Shown piece after piece: positions 1 to 10,671 of a stretch of 64,000 bases of DNA. The DNA lies in contig CAYJHQ010000004.1 in the NCBI GenBank assembly GCA_964369775.1, positions 15,030 to 79,029 of the forward strand, given 5' to 3'. The notes under the pieces were generated by a model. That model was not told the DNA's origin, ran no database searches, and was given only the letters and a program-made list of their open reading frames with translations. The stretch is from an uncultured Lachnospiraceae bacterium (GTDB lineage Bacteria; Bacillota; Clostridia; Lachnospirales; Lachnospiraceae). A program made the translations under genes and the position numbers. The first letter of the stretch is position 1. Each line of letters opens with the position of its first letter.

Positions 1-3000
1 GAAGGATCGTTTGTTTGACCAGTCACTGTTTTCGGTATCGGTTCACCTGTTTCAGGATCTACTTCTTCTGGTTCTACTGACATTGTATATTCCCAGTAGG
101 CAAATTCCATTATGTCTTTCCAAACTCCTTCATCTACAGCTGTAACACCAGGAACATCGCTACCATTTAATTTTCCACTGTATAAAACATTTTTTTCACT
201 ATTATGGCTTATTTCATTACCAACACTATCCTCGAGAGGATTCTCGCCACTTTCATCATAGATTTCAAAGTTAACATTATACTCTATAGGGCTAAACTTT
301 GCTCTGAATATGTAATCTTCTAATATTTCAAGAGCTTCAAGTTCTTCTTGTGTAAACCTATCAATAACCTCTCCTGTTTCAGGATCTATTCGCTCCCATT
401 CTACAAACTCATACCCATATGCTGGTTCTGAACGACTCACGCCTAAGCTGTTTGTAAAATCCGCATCTGTAAGATTTGTCCCCTCATCTACTACTAGTGT
501 AGCAGTTTCTATGCTACCTTGTCCTTCTATTGCTGGAATAAACGTCACATTCTCTTTATTTCGTGTAAATGTAGCTGTTAGTGTAACTTCATTTGGTGCA
601 AATCCATTCGGATGGTTTACAATGTCATCTGTTGTCATCCACGTTCCTACTGGATTATTCGATTTCCATCCTATATAAGTATAATGCTCATATACTTCGT
701 AAGTTGGTACATCTTCTGGTTCTAACGTTATTCTATATGATGTGGAACTCGTCCAGTTAGATGGATGATAAAGCGGATCTGGATACAAATGGGATGCTGT
801 ATCTCCTTTGTATCTTGTCTTATATACAACAAAAGCATCTGTTGTATTTGTAATATCAACATCATTCTTAGTTATAAATCCACCTTCTGTAGTCTTAAAC
901 TGAATCTTAACTTGATATATATCTGGAATTCCATCTCCTGTATCTTTACCTGTCTCTTCATCTATACCTCCCACAATATCGGTCAAGAATATCGGATAGA
1001 AATCTGCATATCTTTCTGTTGAAGTATACGTTGATGGGTCTACTCGTGTTGAACCTGGTAGAAGACTTCCCTCCGTGCAATATTCCCAGCCTGCGAAGGC
1101 ATATCCTGTAGGCGCTTCAATTCTTGGGACATCTTCTGATAAAAGTGTTCCATAGCGTGCTGTAACAGACGCTGTCTGCAAGTCAACATCTATCGCATCT
1201 TCATTAATTGTTGTATCTCTCCAAGTTCCTTCGTTACTATCTGTGCTCGTAACATGAAATGTTACATATGGATTTAAGTACACTGTGTAGTCAGTTGTTT
1301 TTTCAAGCACTTCTCCAAAGTAGTTTGTTGCATTTGTTGTAGCCAGTTTTGCAACAAGTTCTGTTTGACTTCCGTCTTTAAGGGTCTGTAAATCCCCTTT
1401 CACTTTCACCGTATAGTTTTTATCGTCTGTTTTTGTAGGCGTTGTAGTTATATATGGATCATCTTGTTCAATATACACTTCATCATCTGTCAGACTACCT
1501 TGTCCTACTAATGTTACTGCTATATCAATCTCTTCAGTTTCTTCTATTATCAAATTCGGTTGTGATACAACTATTTGTGGATTTTGGTATAGTGCTACAT
1601 CCACCCATCCTTTATCCAACTCCTCTTGGCTCACATAGCTAGTATTAGCAGTCGTAAAACCATGTATATCTGCATAGAACTGAACCCCTTCGGTTTGTCC
1701 ATTATTTTGTCTCGGGAAATTGCTATTTGTTTCTAAGTACTCTCCATCATTGTTCAAATAAGACATACGGTACTCATCCCACAAACCATTTTTATTCAGA
1801 TCAAATATAAGATCATATTTTACACGTCCCGCAGTTGTCGCACTTAATGGATTCCCCTTTGGTTGAATCAAGAGATAGTACTCACCTGTGCTCGGCTCAT
1901 AAATAGCTTCTATTTCTTTATCTGTCTCTGGTTGCAAATCTTTAAACCATGCCTGCTCTGTTGTAATTGTCGCAAAGGAATCTCCTTTTCCAAACTCAAA
2001 TAACCCATTTGGTATCACCGTCAAAGCTTCTTCATAAATCATTCCTTCTAATTTATACCAGTTAAATATAAACTTACCGATACCGTTTGCAGTAGTACCT
2101 GTAATTGCTTCTGAATATATAGGCTCCCCACCTGCTTCACCTGTCTGCTCATGGTATTTAGCCTCAGCATATGCATATCCTACAGACTTATGATCATCTG
2201 TGTACATATCATTTGTATTTGCATCCACTTTAAGTTGAATATGTGAATTCAAAGTTTTTTCAACTACAGGAACCTCAATTAATATATATTTTACATCTTC
2301 TGGATTTCCAGATGTCTTATTAACTTCCGTTGCACCTTCTTCAATTCCAAGATATGATGTCTTTGCTATATCAAAATCTGCTTCACTGTAATATGTTACT
2401 TTAGCTTCTACACCTGATCCAAAATCAGGTAAAGCAACAGAGTCTTCTAAATTTCTTAGGCGTATAGTTGTATCACTTTCATACGACTTCCCATCTAAAT
2501 CTGTAATAGTTTCACCTTCAGTAGGCAACGTTATGAACAAGTTGTAAGATTTTAAATTTTTTGTAGGAGATGCGATATCCATGCCAAGTACAAGTTCGTC
2601 ATACTCATCTGCGTAGTAATTAACTCCTGAATATACTGCAGAAACACCACCACCATCTAGCTCTTTTCCTGGGAACAGATTAATACTGTCCGTTGATTTA
2701 ATAACTGTCAAAATGGTTTTATTTGTGTGAATATTTGCAAGCCTCGGCATCTTGCTTCCTTCATCATCTACATACTCTATTCCTACACTATCTGTAATTC
2801 CTATATTATCAACAATCGCATTCGATTCTCTCTGTGTAGTCGTTCCCGGTACATAGTTTACGAAGAAGTTCTTCTCACCAGTTAGTACATCAATTGGCGC
2901 AAAATCTACATACCCATCTGTAAACACATGGTATATTCCCTGATCTTTTACCTTCGCATCTGTAAGTATCGTGTTTGCAGGTATTGTAAGTGTATTCGTT

Positions 3001-6000
3001 ATTTCTGTAGAGCTGGTTGAATACACAATGCCCTCAAGATCATATTTTAGCCACTTGTCTTTATTTCCGTCTTCATCTGTCACCTCAATAATCGAGATGC
3101 GTTCATCGTCTCCTGCATATGTAAAATACTCTTCATTAATGTTTAAATATGCCGCTGTACCTTCTGGATACCTGATATAGCTATTACTCACATTTGACAC
3201 CGAGCTTCTGTAAAGTGGTAAACTAAATGTAATTTCCTCGTCAATCGCTTCGCCCCTTGTACTAGTTTCAGGCATAGTCATATCTTTACCAATTGACAGT
3301 GTTTCAATCCTTGCTACATGTTCATAGATAAAGTGATGGTTTACTGTATCAATTTGTTTTGCATTATCTGGATCTTTAAATACACCTGTTTTCGCACCTT
3401 CCTCGCCTTCACCATTTGCCGTAATAGTTGCAGTTAAAGTTTGTGTATCTGCAGGTATTTGCCCTGATGGAGTATTTCTATCATTTGCATAAAACATTGT
3501 AAACAATGTTCCATAACGGCCTTTATTTTCATCAGAAAGTATTCTTAAACCTTCCATTCTAAATTTAAAACTCGTAATATATTCACCTTCAACAAGAGGA
3601 AGGGTGTAACTATTGGTGGTAGATGTAAGTTCCATTGTTCTTACAGCAGAACTCGCACTTGTTGTATACTCTACCCATGCATCACCATAAATTTGATATC
3701 TTCTATTACTATCGATATAATAAAACCTAAAAGATTTATAAAGTTGTTCGATATGTGCTTTATTTTCAGCAGTAAAATCTATGGTTACATCTCTATAAAT
3801 AAGGGATGATGATATCTGCTCCTCAGCTGTCAACCCACCGTCTCTATCTACACTGATAACACCATGAAAAGCCAATGAAAGTGGTGTCGTATAGCCTGAT
3901 TTAAACCCTGTCTCTGGTATTGACTTGTCATTTGAGACAAAATACGGAGCCCCTTCGCTATAACCTTCAGTTGTAGAAGCTCTAGTGTAGTCGATGTCAA
4001 ATTCTAAGTTATCAACTCCAGGCTTGTATTTCCACTCTAATGCTTCTGGTGTAGCTGTGCCTTCTGGATGCTCACTATTAGTAACAGTAATCGGCATCAC
4101 TATTTCTTCACTACCATCTGTAGGCTCTGTGAACGCACCTGTAAAGTACCAATCTGTCTCATACCCCACTGAATAATCAGACTTAACAATTCCACGTTCA
4201 TCAAAAGTTATACTCAAAGACTCAACTGTTGCACCTGTGTAGCTTTCAGGTATTGTAATGGTCGTTGTTGATGTACTAGAAATAGCTTGAGTTACTTCAG
4301 TCCCGTCTGAATATGTAATTGTATAGCTTTTAATTACAGCCCCTGAATTTGGTTTCACTAATGATGTTGGTGTAAACTCTTCTGGCATTTCAAATGTCAT
4401 AGTTTCATTTTGATAATAATAGTGCGTTATTTCATCTTGTACATCTGTAGACTTCAATTTATTATCAACCGAAAAGTAATATCTAGTCTCTTCGTTATCC
4501 TCTTCATTTACATAAATTGGACTTTCTGTTATCATTTCTAGCCTATTTTCATATTTATAGTCTGGAACATTCACTGTAATCTTACCATGATTCACTTCAC
4601 GATTTTCTACACTATAAGTTCCATCACCATCACTTACTACTTGATCATAAGTAACTTTCGAATCTTTATTAGCTGTATAAACATCTTGGTCATCAAAGTT
4701 AAACAAAGTATCTGTTCCTCTTAAAACCCAAGTCCCCGTTCCTGTAAGCCTAATTTGATGCCATTGCTTATACGCATCACTAAGTGGTAGTGAACCTCCT
4801 AGCATTGCTGCCTCAGCATCTGTTATACTTGTACTCTGTACATATCCACTACTTACTGACGTTGAATAAGTCTCAGTCAAGTCCCCTCCGCTTACAGATA
4901 TTTTGTCCATAACGAACTGTGAATATTTATTTCCCTCTGAATCTGTTCCTCCTGAAGGGAAGTAAAATCCTGGAGGTGCATAAAATGTACCTGCTACACT
5001 TCCTACCGGTGTGTGAATTTCATCTGTAAATTCTGTTCTAAGACCTGCACTATCTGATCTCACATATTCTCCTGTACCATCTTTTCTAAAATACAGGTAT
5101 CCATCTGAACCAAGCCATAAGTCAGTAGACAAATTGTAGTCAAGCGGTTTCAAAGTGCTACTCGCTATCCCTTTACCCTCAAGTGCTGGCTCGTCGCTTT
5201 GTCCGCTTCTGTTCAATACATGCTCATATACTATAGGATCAGCAATGCTTGTGCTTGTATCATCTATGGAAATCCCTAGCCTAGCATTCGGGCTATGCAA
5301 AAGCATATTACCGATTGCTGCTGCTGGAGTACCGTTGTTTTGCGAGTCTTTATACGCATAAGTAGTATCAAAATTTGGTGTTATTGTTATACTAAAAACT
5401 ACAGCAGATTCTGGTGTAATCGAACTGTTTTTAACCGTATAAGTAAGTTCTGTTTTATCTGCCGACAAAGCTCCACCTGACATCTGAGCTGTTGCACTAC
5501 TTGGATATTCTTGAATGTAAAACGGAAATACTTCTTCACTACTTGTGGAATCTACTACACCATACGGATTAATATCAATCTTAAGTGTTCTATCAGTTCC
5601 CTCTGGTAAAGTTGGATCATGAGACACTCTAAACGAGTAAATCAATGCTCCCGTATCTTCCAGATAATTCCACTGTCCAACTCCTGCTTCACCTGCAGCT
5701 TTATCTAATGGAATCCGGCTGTTTGTAATTTCAAAAGTAGGTCCAGTTAAACTAAGCGTAGTCGCTACTGGTTCCTCTTCTTCGCCTTCCTCTTCTTCTG
5801 CATCTTCTTCTGCTGGTATTTCATCTGTAGAAGTCTCTTCAGCAGTTACTCCATCTGATGCCTCTGTAGATGCTTTTACTTCCACAGTGAAATCTGGAAT
5901 TTCTACTCCTTCTCCTAATGTATACTTCGTCTCATCTAAGGTAGCTTTGTAGATATATGTACCTTCGACATTGATATCGAATTCTTTTTCCGAAATCCAT

Positions 6001-6287
6001 GTCACCTCGATATCTTCTTCTGTATTATCAGAATAAGTAACCGCCACTTTAGGTAAACTCACACCTGTCGCACTCCCTGCGGTTATAGTCTGTTCTTCTT
6101 CGCCTTGGTTCAAACTAGCACCAGTTATTACCAACACTTGATTTTCTGCACTTGCACTGATCGCTTCAACTTCTGTTGTAGTAACTTCACTTGTAGTCGC
6201 AAAAACCGTAGAAATCGGTTGCATAACGTTACTTGCTATCATTACCAATGCCAGAATACCTGCAATTTGTCTTTTCATCCTTTTCAT
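1..6287 (-). CDS. giant cell-surface/adhesin-like protein, N-terminal >2090 aa (gene 3' end lies beyond window start)
   Basis: Uninterrupted minus-strand frame from ATG at 6287 (MKRMKRQIAGILALVMIASNVMQP... signal peptide) to position 1. Only short spurious ORFs on the + strand. Acidic EEDAEEEEGEEEEP linker. Not in the ORF track because it runs off the edge. Confidence 0.7.
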   Translation of the reverse strand, partial: MKRMKRQIAGILALVMIASNVMQPISTVFATTSEVTTTEVEAISASAENQVLVITGASLNQGEEEQTITAGSATGVSLPKVAVTYSDNTEEDIEVTWISEKEFDINVEGTYIYKATLDETKYTLGEGVEIPDFTVEVKASTEASDGVTAEETSTDEIPAEEDAEEEEGEEEEPVATTLSLTGPTFEITNSRIPLDKAAGEAGVGQWNYLEDTGALIYSFRVSHDPTLPEGTDRTLKIDINPYGVVDSTSSEEVFPFYIQEYPSSATAQMSGGALSADKTELTYTVKNSSITPESAVVFSITITPNFDTTYAYKDSQNNGTPAAAIGNMLLHSPNARLGISIDDTSTSIADPIVYEHVLNRSGQSDEPALEGKGIASSTLKPLDYNLSTDLWLGSDGYLYFRKDGTGEYVRSDSAGLRTEFTDEIHTPVGSVAGTFYAPPGFYFPSGGTDSEGNKYSQFVMDKISVSGGDLTETYSTSVSSGYVQSTSITDAEAAMLGGSLPLSDAYKQWHQIRLTGTGTWVLRGTDTLFNFDDQDVYTANKDSKVTYDQVVSDGDGTYSVENREVNHGKITVNVPDYKYENRLEMITESPIYVNEEDNEETRYYFSVDNKLKSTDVQDEITHYYYQNETMTFEMPEEFTPTSLVKPNSGAVIKSYTITYSDGTEVTQAISSTSTTTITIPESYTGATVESLSITFDERGIVKSDYSVGYETDWYFTGAFTEPTDGSEEIVMPITVTNSEHPEGTATPEALEWKYKPGVDNLEFDIDYTRASTTEGYSEGAPYFVSNDKSIPETGFKSGYTTPLSLAFHGVISVDRDGGLTAEEQISSSLIYRDVTIDFTAENKAHIEQLYKSFRFYYIDSNRRYQIYGDAWVEYTTSASSAVRTMELTSTTNSYTLPLVEGEYITSFKFRMEGLRILSDENKGRYGTLFTMFYANDRNTPSGQIPADTQTLTATITANGEGEEGAKTGVFKDPDNAKQIDTVNHHFIYEHVARIETLSIGKDMTMPETSTRGEAIDEEITFSLPLYRSSVSNVSNSYIRYPEGTAAYLNINEEYFTYAGDDERISIIEVTDEDGNKDKWLKYDLEGIVYSTSSTEITNTLTIPANTILTDAKVKDQGIYHVFTDGYVDFAPIDVLTGEKNFFVNYVPGTTTQRESNAIVDNIGITDSVGIEYVDDEGSKMPRLANIHTNKTILTVIKSTDSINLFPGKELDGGGVSAVYSGVNYYADEYDELVLGMDIASPTKNLKSYNLFITLPTEGETITDLDGKSYESDTTIRLRNLEDSVALPDFGSGVEAKVTYYSEADFDIAKTSYLGIEEGATEVNKTSGNPEDVKYILIEVPVVEKTLNSHIQLKVDANTNDMYTDDHKSVGYAYAEAKYHEQTGEAGGEPIYSEAITGTTANGIGKFIFNWYKLEGMIYEEALTVIPNGLFEFGKGDSFATITTEQAWFKDLQPETDKEIEAIYEPSTGEYYLLIQPKGNPLSATTAGRVKYDLIFDLNKNGLWDEYRMSYLNNDGEYLETNSNFPRQNNGQTEGVQFYADIHGFTTANTSYVSQEELDKGWVDVALYQNPQIVVSQPNLIIEETEEIDIAVTLVGQGSLTDDEVYIEQDDPYITTTPTKTDDKNYTVKVKGDLQTLKDGSQTELVAKLATTNATNYFGEVLEKTTDYTVYLNPYVTFHVTSTDSNEGTWRDTTINEDAIDVDLQTASVTARYGTLLSEDVPRIEAPTGYAFAGWEYCTEGSLLPGSTRVDPSTYTSTERYADFYPIFLTDIVGGIDEETGKDTGDGIPDIYQVKIQFKTTEGGFITKNDVDITNTTDAFVVYKTRYKGDTASHLYPDPLYHPSNWTSSTSYRITLEPEDVPTYEVYEHYTYIGWKSNNPVGTWMTTDDIVNHPNGFAPNEVTLTATFTRNKENVTFIPAIEGQGSIETATLVVDEGTNLTDADFTNSLGVSRSEPAYGYEFVEWERIDPETGEVIDRFTQEELEALEILEDYIFRAKFSPIEYNVNFEIYDESGENPLEDSVGNEISHNSEKNVLYSGKLNGSDVPGVTAVDEGVWKDIMEFAYWEYTMSVEPEEVDPETGEPIPKTVTGQTNDP

Positions 6288-6554
6288 CTTACTTCTCGTG
6301 ATGCTTACTGCTGATAAACATCACATTCCTTTCTCAATTCTAACCTATACTTATTTTAGACACATTTCTATATTTTTACATATTACTGTGCAAAATGCAA
6401 TACATTTTTTATTAAAATTACATTACTTTATTTTTTTCACTCATCATCATGTAACCTTTCCTGTTTCTCTTAAATCAGGGCACAAAAAAAGCCCTTAAAA
6501 TAAGGACTTTCACAAGTTTTGTAAAAAAATACAAGTTTTCGTTTTTTCTTATAG

Positions 6555-6627
6555 AGCTACTGACGGGATTTGAACCCGCGGCCTCCGCCTTACCAAGGCG
6601 ACGCGCTACCGACTGTGCCACAGCAGC
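6555..6627 (-). tRNA. tRNA-Thr (anticodon GGT)
   Basis: 73-nt cloverleaf on minus strand: acceptor GCTGCTG/CAGTAGC, anticodon stem TCGCC/GGCGG with loop TTGGTAA, T-loop TTCAAAT. Confidence 0.75.
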
Positions 6628-6751
6628 TTATTTTGTTGCTCACTTCTATACGAGCAATAAGAGTAATATACAATACTCCTTCTTAAATGTCAAGATGTTT
6701 CTATTGACATTTCCACTTTGATATGATACTCTTTTCGAGGAAATTAATATA

Positions 6752-6877
6752 GTATTCGGGGAGCTTGTTGACAGGCTGAGAGTAAGTTGAAAACTTAGAC
6801 CCTTGAACCTGATTTGGATAATGCCAACGTAGGAATCGTAAGCAATCTGGCTGTGTCTTAATCGACACAGCTTTTTA
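6752..6877 (+). promoter_or_regulatory. TPP (THI-box) riboswitch with intrinsic terminator, controlling thiW-thiM-thiE
   Basis: GGGGAGC...CTGAGA...ACCTGATTTGGATAATGCCAACG THI-box consensus. Followed by hairpin GCTGTGTC-TTAAT-CGACACAGC + TTTTT. Upstream TTGACA around 6704. Confidence 0.8.
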
Positions 6878-7034
6878 TATTGAAAATTATAACTTTATCA
6901 GCACAAAGGAGGAGGGGGAGCTCCCTAGTTCTTTGATAATGTTTTTATATAGCGATGGGAGTCTGTGTTTCAGATTGAGAGGGAGTAAGCGTAAACTCCG
7001 ACCGAAAAATTTTATCATCTTAAGGAGTTTTATT

Positions 7035-7562
7035 ATGTATAGTCAAAAAAATTCGGTGTTCAAAATGGTGCTATTATCTATGATGGTAGCAATCGGTGTG
7101 GTTATTTCACCACTTCTTCGCATTGAGGGAATGTGCCCAACAGCTCATTTGGTTAATATTGTTTGCTCTGTCCTTCTTGGACCTTGGTATTCTCTTCTTT
7201 GTGCTACTCTTATCGGTATTATTCGTATGATTCTTATGGGAATCCCTCCACTCGCTTTAACTGGTGCTGTATTTGGAGCATTCCTCTCTGGCGTACTTTA
7301 TCGCGCTTCTAATGGAAAGATTATATTCGCTGTAATCGGCGAGGTAATTGGAACTGGTATTATCGGGGCACTTGTCTCCTATCCTGTTATGACTTACCTT
7401 GTAGGTTATGAAGGTCTTACCGTATTTTTCTATGTGCCAATGTTCTTAGGAGCAACCTTAATGGGTGGATTTGTTGCTTATATCTTCCTAGGTACACTCA
7501 AACGCTCTGGAACACTTCAAAAATTTCAACAAAGTTTAGGAACCGCAACCTATGATAAATAA
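7035..7562 (+). CDS. thiW: ThiW-like thiazole/HMP precursor transporter (membrane protein)
   Basis: AAGGAG RBS 7 nt before ATG at 7035. Polytopic membrane protein in riboswitch-thiM-thiE operon context typical of Firmicutes. The track start at 6933 has no RBS. Confidence 0.55.
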   Translation: MYSQKNSVFKMVLLSMMVAIGVVISPLLRIEGMCPTAHLVNIVCSVLLGPWYSLLCATLIGIIRMILMGIPPLALTGAVFGAFLSGVLYRASNGKIIFAVIGEVIGTGIIGALVSYPVMTYLVGYEGLTVFFYVPMFLGATLMGGFVAYIFLGTLKRSGTLQKFQQSLGTATYDK

Positions 7563-8355
7563 AGTAATCGATTTAAAAAAGGATTTTACAGGATCTCCCC
7601 TGATTCACTGTATTACAAATCCAATCTCTATTAATGATTGCGCAAATGTTGTATTGGCACTTGGCGGAAAACCAATTATGGCCGAACATCCAGCTGAAGT
7701 TGATGAAATAACCGCCACTGCTGATGCACTTTCCATTAATCTCGGAAATATAACAGATGCAAGGATGGAATCTATCCTTATTGCCGGCAAAACTGCCCTT
7801 TCAAACGATATTCCTTCTATAATAGATGTAGTCGGTGTAAGTTGCAGTTCTCTTAGGCGAAACCTTGCTACTGAGTATATAGTAAAATGTCGGCCTAAAG
7901 TCATCAAAGGGAATTTATCTGAATTAAAAGCATTAATCGGTTTAGATACCAATTCAAAGGGAGTAGATGCTTCAGATGATGATATAGTAGACAAAACCAT
8001 TTTAAAAGAATTCACTTCATTTTCCATAAAGCATAATTGTGTTTTAGTATCATCTGGCGTTGAGGATCTTATCCTAGATGCTAACAATGCCTATCTCCTC
8101 TCGAACGGAGTCCCTATGCTTAGTCGTATTACAGGTACTGGCTGTATGCTCACAGTAATGATTGGAACTTATCTATCATCAGGAACTCCTTTGGTGGCAA
8201 GTATACTTGCTACTGCTACAATGGGAATCGCCGGTGAACTTTCAAACACTAGTCGAGGAACTGGCACCTTTCGCATAGAACTTCTTGATAATATCTTTAC
8301 GTTAAACGAAGAATCTTTAAAAAATAAAATAAAAATAAAGGAAATAACACTATGA
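7552..8355 (+). CDS. thiM: hydroxyethylthiazole kinase
   Basis: 267-aa ORF, ThiM-family sequence. Overlaps thiW stop and thiE start (operon). Confidence 0.85.
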   Translation: MINKVIDLKKDFTGSPLIHCITNPISINDCANVVLALGGKPIMAEHPAEVDEITATADALSINLGNITDARMESILIAGKTALSNDIPSIIDVVGVSCSSLRRNLATEYIVKCRPKVIKGNLSELKALIGLDTNSKGVDASDDDIVDKTILKEFTSFSIKHNCVLVSSGVEDLILDANNAYLLSNGVPMLSRITGTGCMLTVMIGTYLSSGTPLVASILATATMGIAGELSNTSRGTGTFRIELLDNIFTLNEESLKNKIKIKEITL

Positions 8356-9002
8356 AATTTGACATCTCATTATATTTAGTATCAGATAGTACTTACCACA
8401 CAGAGGAAAGCTTTTTAGTGACAGTTGAAGAAGCTTGTAAATCAGGTATAACATTATTGCAACTAAGAGAAAAAACAGATAGCGGCAGAGAGTATCTCGA
8501 ACTAGCCATCAAAGTGAAACAGATAACAGACCAATATAACATCCCACTTATTATTGATGATAGAATTGATATTGCTCTAGCCATTGATGCAAGCGGTGTC
8601 CACGTTGGGGCAAATGATATCCCTGTTACTTATGCTCGCAAACTATTAGGTCCTGATAAAATTGTAGGTGCAACTGCAAAAACTGTAGAAAACGCAATCA
8701 AAGCCTATAACGACGGTGCTGATTACATCGGTACAGGTGCCATTTATCCAACAACTACTAAAGTTGTTACTGTGCTGACTGATGTAACTGTCCTAAATCA
8801 AATCTGTGAAGCTGTACCGATTCCAGTCGTTGCAATCGGGGGATTAAATAAAGATAATATCGATGTATTAAGCACAAGTCCAATCGATGGAATCGCGGTC
8901 GTTTCTGCTATAATGAAATCCGAGTCACCTTCACTTGCCACAAAAGAGTTAGTATCAGAAATCAAAAGCACAATCCCTAACATTAAGTTTACCAGCCTTT
9001 AA
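8352..9002 (+). CDS. thiE: thiamine-phosphate synthase
   Basis: 216-aa ORF, ThiE TIM-barrel family (LQLREK...IIDDR...GVHVG). ATGA overlap with thiM. Confidence 0.85.
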   Translation: MKFDISLYLVSDSTYHTEESFLVTVEEACKSGITLLQLREKTDSGREYLELAIKVKQITDQYNIPLIIDDRIDIALAIDASGVHVGANDIPVTYARKLLGPDKIVGATAKTVENAIKAYNDGADYIGTGAIYPTTTKVVTVLTDVTVLNQICEAVPIPVVAIGGLNKDNIDVLSTSPIDGIAVVSAIMKSESPSLATKELVSEIKSTIPNIKFTSL

Positions 9003-9094
9003 ATTGCGTGATTTCATTTACTTTTTAAGATAAATGTCGTACAATATTAAAGAATACTAAATTAATCTTATTTCATGAAAAGGAGGGTACTTTC

Positions 9095-9643
9095 ATGAAA
9101 AAACTTATTGCTTTACTTATCACTTTAACTCTATCATCATCTTTGTTGTTATCTTGCAATTCATCGCAAGAAGTTGTACTTGATAATAATGAAACGAAGG
9201 ACAGTCAACCATTTGGAACTTTCACAACCACTTCCGTATATGGCGATTCCATTAGCGATACCGTATTTAGTGATTATGATTTGACCATGGTGAATATTTG
9301 GGCAACTTGGTGTCCGCCTTGCATTGGAGAGATGGCAGAACTAGAAGAAGTATATCAATCTTTACCTGAAAATGTGAATATGATTACATTGTGTGAAGAT
9401 GGTGGACGAGAAACAGATTTAGCCATAGAAGTTCTTGAAGAGAACGGATGTACATTCGATGCCCTTATTGTAAATGAGGAATTGCTCCAAGGATTTATGA
9501 CAAATGTTCAAGCCTTTCCTACTACTGTCTTTGTAGATAGAGACGGGAATGTATTTGGAGAAAAGATTGAAGGAGCACCTACAGACCCTGTAACTTATTA
9601 CCTAGATGCTATCGATACTGCTATGGGAGAGCTCTCACTATGA
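9095..9643 (+). CDS. TlpA/ResA-like thiol-disulfide oxidoreductase lipoprotein (thioredoxin fold, WCPPC)
   Basis: Signal peptide + lipobox LLSC; WATWCPPC active site; GGAGGG RBS. Confidence 0.75.
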   Translation: MKKLIALLITLTLSSSLLLSCNSSQEVVLDNNETKDSQPFGTFTTTSVYGDSISDTVFSDYDLTMVNIWATWCPPCIGEMAELEEVYQSLPENVNMITLCEDGGRETDLAIEVLEENGCTFDALIVNEELLQGFMTNVQAFPTTVFVDRDGNVFGEKIEGAPTDPVTYYLDAIDTAMGELSL

Positions 9644-9786
9644 AGTTAAAAAGAATCGTTTTTATCCGAGTATTTCTATTGCTATTAGCTGTCGCTTTTC
9701 TAGGAATTGGAATTTATTTAGGTGAATTCAATTCAGTTTTTAATAAATCTATTCGAATTTGCTTAGAATGTATCGGAATCGGGTAA
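9640..9786 (+). CDS. small hydrophobic peptide (48 aa, CLEC motif), translationally coupled
   Basis: ATG overlaps stop of upstream gene (ATGA). Its stop overlaps the next start (TAATG). Single TM helix. Below the track size cutoff. Confidence 0.35.
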   Translation: MKLKRIVFIRVFLLLLAVAFLGIGIYLGEFNSVFNKSIRICLECIGIG

Positions 9787-10646
9787 TGCCTATGAAAAAA
9801 ACAAATAAGTTCTATAATAGACATTTCATTCAGATTGCTTTTACAGCTCTTACAAATGGATACTTAATCGGTTTCATCAACGGAAAGATTTTTCAAGGTA
9901 ACACAAAAAAACTATGTGTTCCAGGATTGAATTGCTATTCTTGTCCTGGTGCTTTAGGTTCTTGTCCCATCGGCTCTTTACAAGCAATATTGAGTCAACG
10001 AGGAACATTTATCAGTTATTATGTTATAGGATTTTTAATACTATTTGGAGCTGCTCTAGGTCGATTTGTATGTGGGTTTTTATGTCCATTTGGTTTAGTG
10101 CAAGATTTATTACATAAGATTAAGTCTCCCAAGTTAATGCTTCCAAAGAAAATGGATTCGATATTTAGGTACTTAAAATATGCTATATTAGTTCTATTTG
10201 TCATTTTATTTCCGATACTTCTTACAGACTCCTTTGGCCTTGGCTCACCATATTTTTGTAAATGGATTTGTCCATCTGGAACTCTATTTGCTGGTATGCC
10301 TCTGCTTACCTTAGATGAAGGACTTCGTGGATTCATAGGTGGCCTATTCGTTTTAAAAATAAGTATTTTGATTATTTTGTTACTACTCTCTGTTTTTATA
10401 TATCGTCCATTCTGCAAATACCTTTGTCCTCTTGGAGCCTTTTATGCTTGGTTTAACAAAATAAGTCTTTACAAACTACATGTCGATGCTAAAAAATGCG
10501 TAAATTGTGGTTCATGTATAAAAGCATGCAAAATGAATGTCCCTGTTACTGCCGACATTAATTCTGCCGAGTGCATTCGTTGCGGTGATTGCAAGAAGAG
10601 TTGTGAATTCGATGCGATTCACTCTAGTTGGTCAATTAGAAAATAA
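9786..10646 (+). CDS. 4Fe-4S ferredoxin-type membrane protein (NapH/MauN-like)
   Basis: Multiple CxxCxxCxxxC clusters (CVNCGSCIKAC, CIRCGDCKKSC), several TM segments. Start at 9786/9792 ATG preferred over upstream TTG at 9759. Confidence 0.65.
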   Translation: MPMKKTNKFYNRHFIQIAFTALTNGYLIGFINGKIFQGNTKKLCVPGLNCYSCPGALGSCPIGSLQAILSQRGTFISYYVIGFLILFGAALGRFVCGFLCPFGLVQDLLHKIKSPKLMLPKKMDSIFRYLKYAILVLFVILFPILLTDSFGLGSPYFCKWICPSGTLFAGMPLLTLDEGLRGFIGGLFVLKISILIILLLLSVFIYRPFCKYLCPLGAFYAWFNKISLYKLHVDAKKCVNCGSCIKACKMNVPVTADINSAECIRCGDCKKSCEFDAIHSSWSIRK

Positions 10647-10671
10647 AGACATCATAAAAGGGATATCTCAT

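Noticed and set aside
765-6498. Several 60-95-aa + strand ORFs (765, 1454, 2971, 3994, 5155, 5295, 6105, 6298)
   Set aside because: All lie antisense within the continuous giant minus-strand surface-protein frame or its AT-rich upstream region. Low-complexity translations, no RBS.
7605-8087. 160-aa minus-strand ORF inside thiM
   Set aside because: Antisense to a well-supported thiM reading frame, with no RBS. Spurious.
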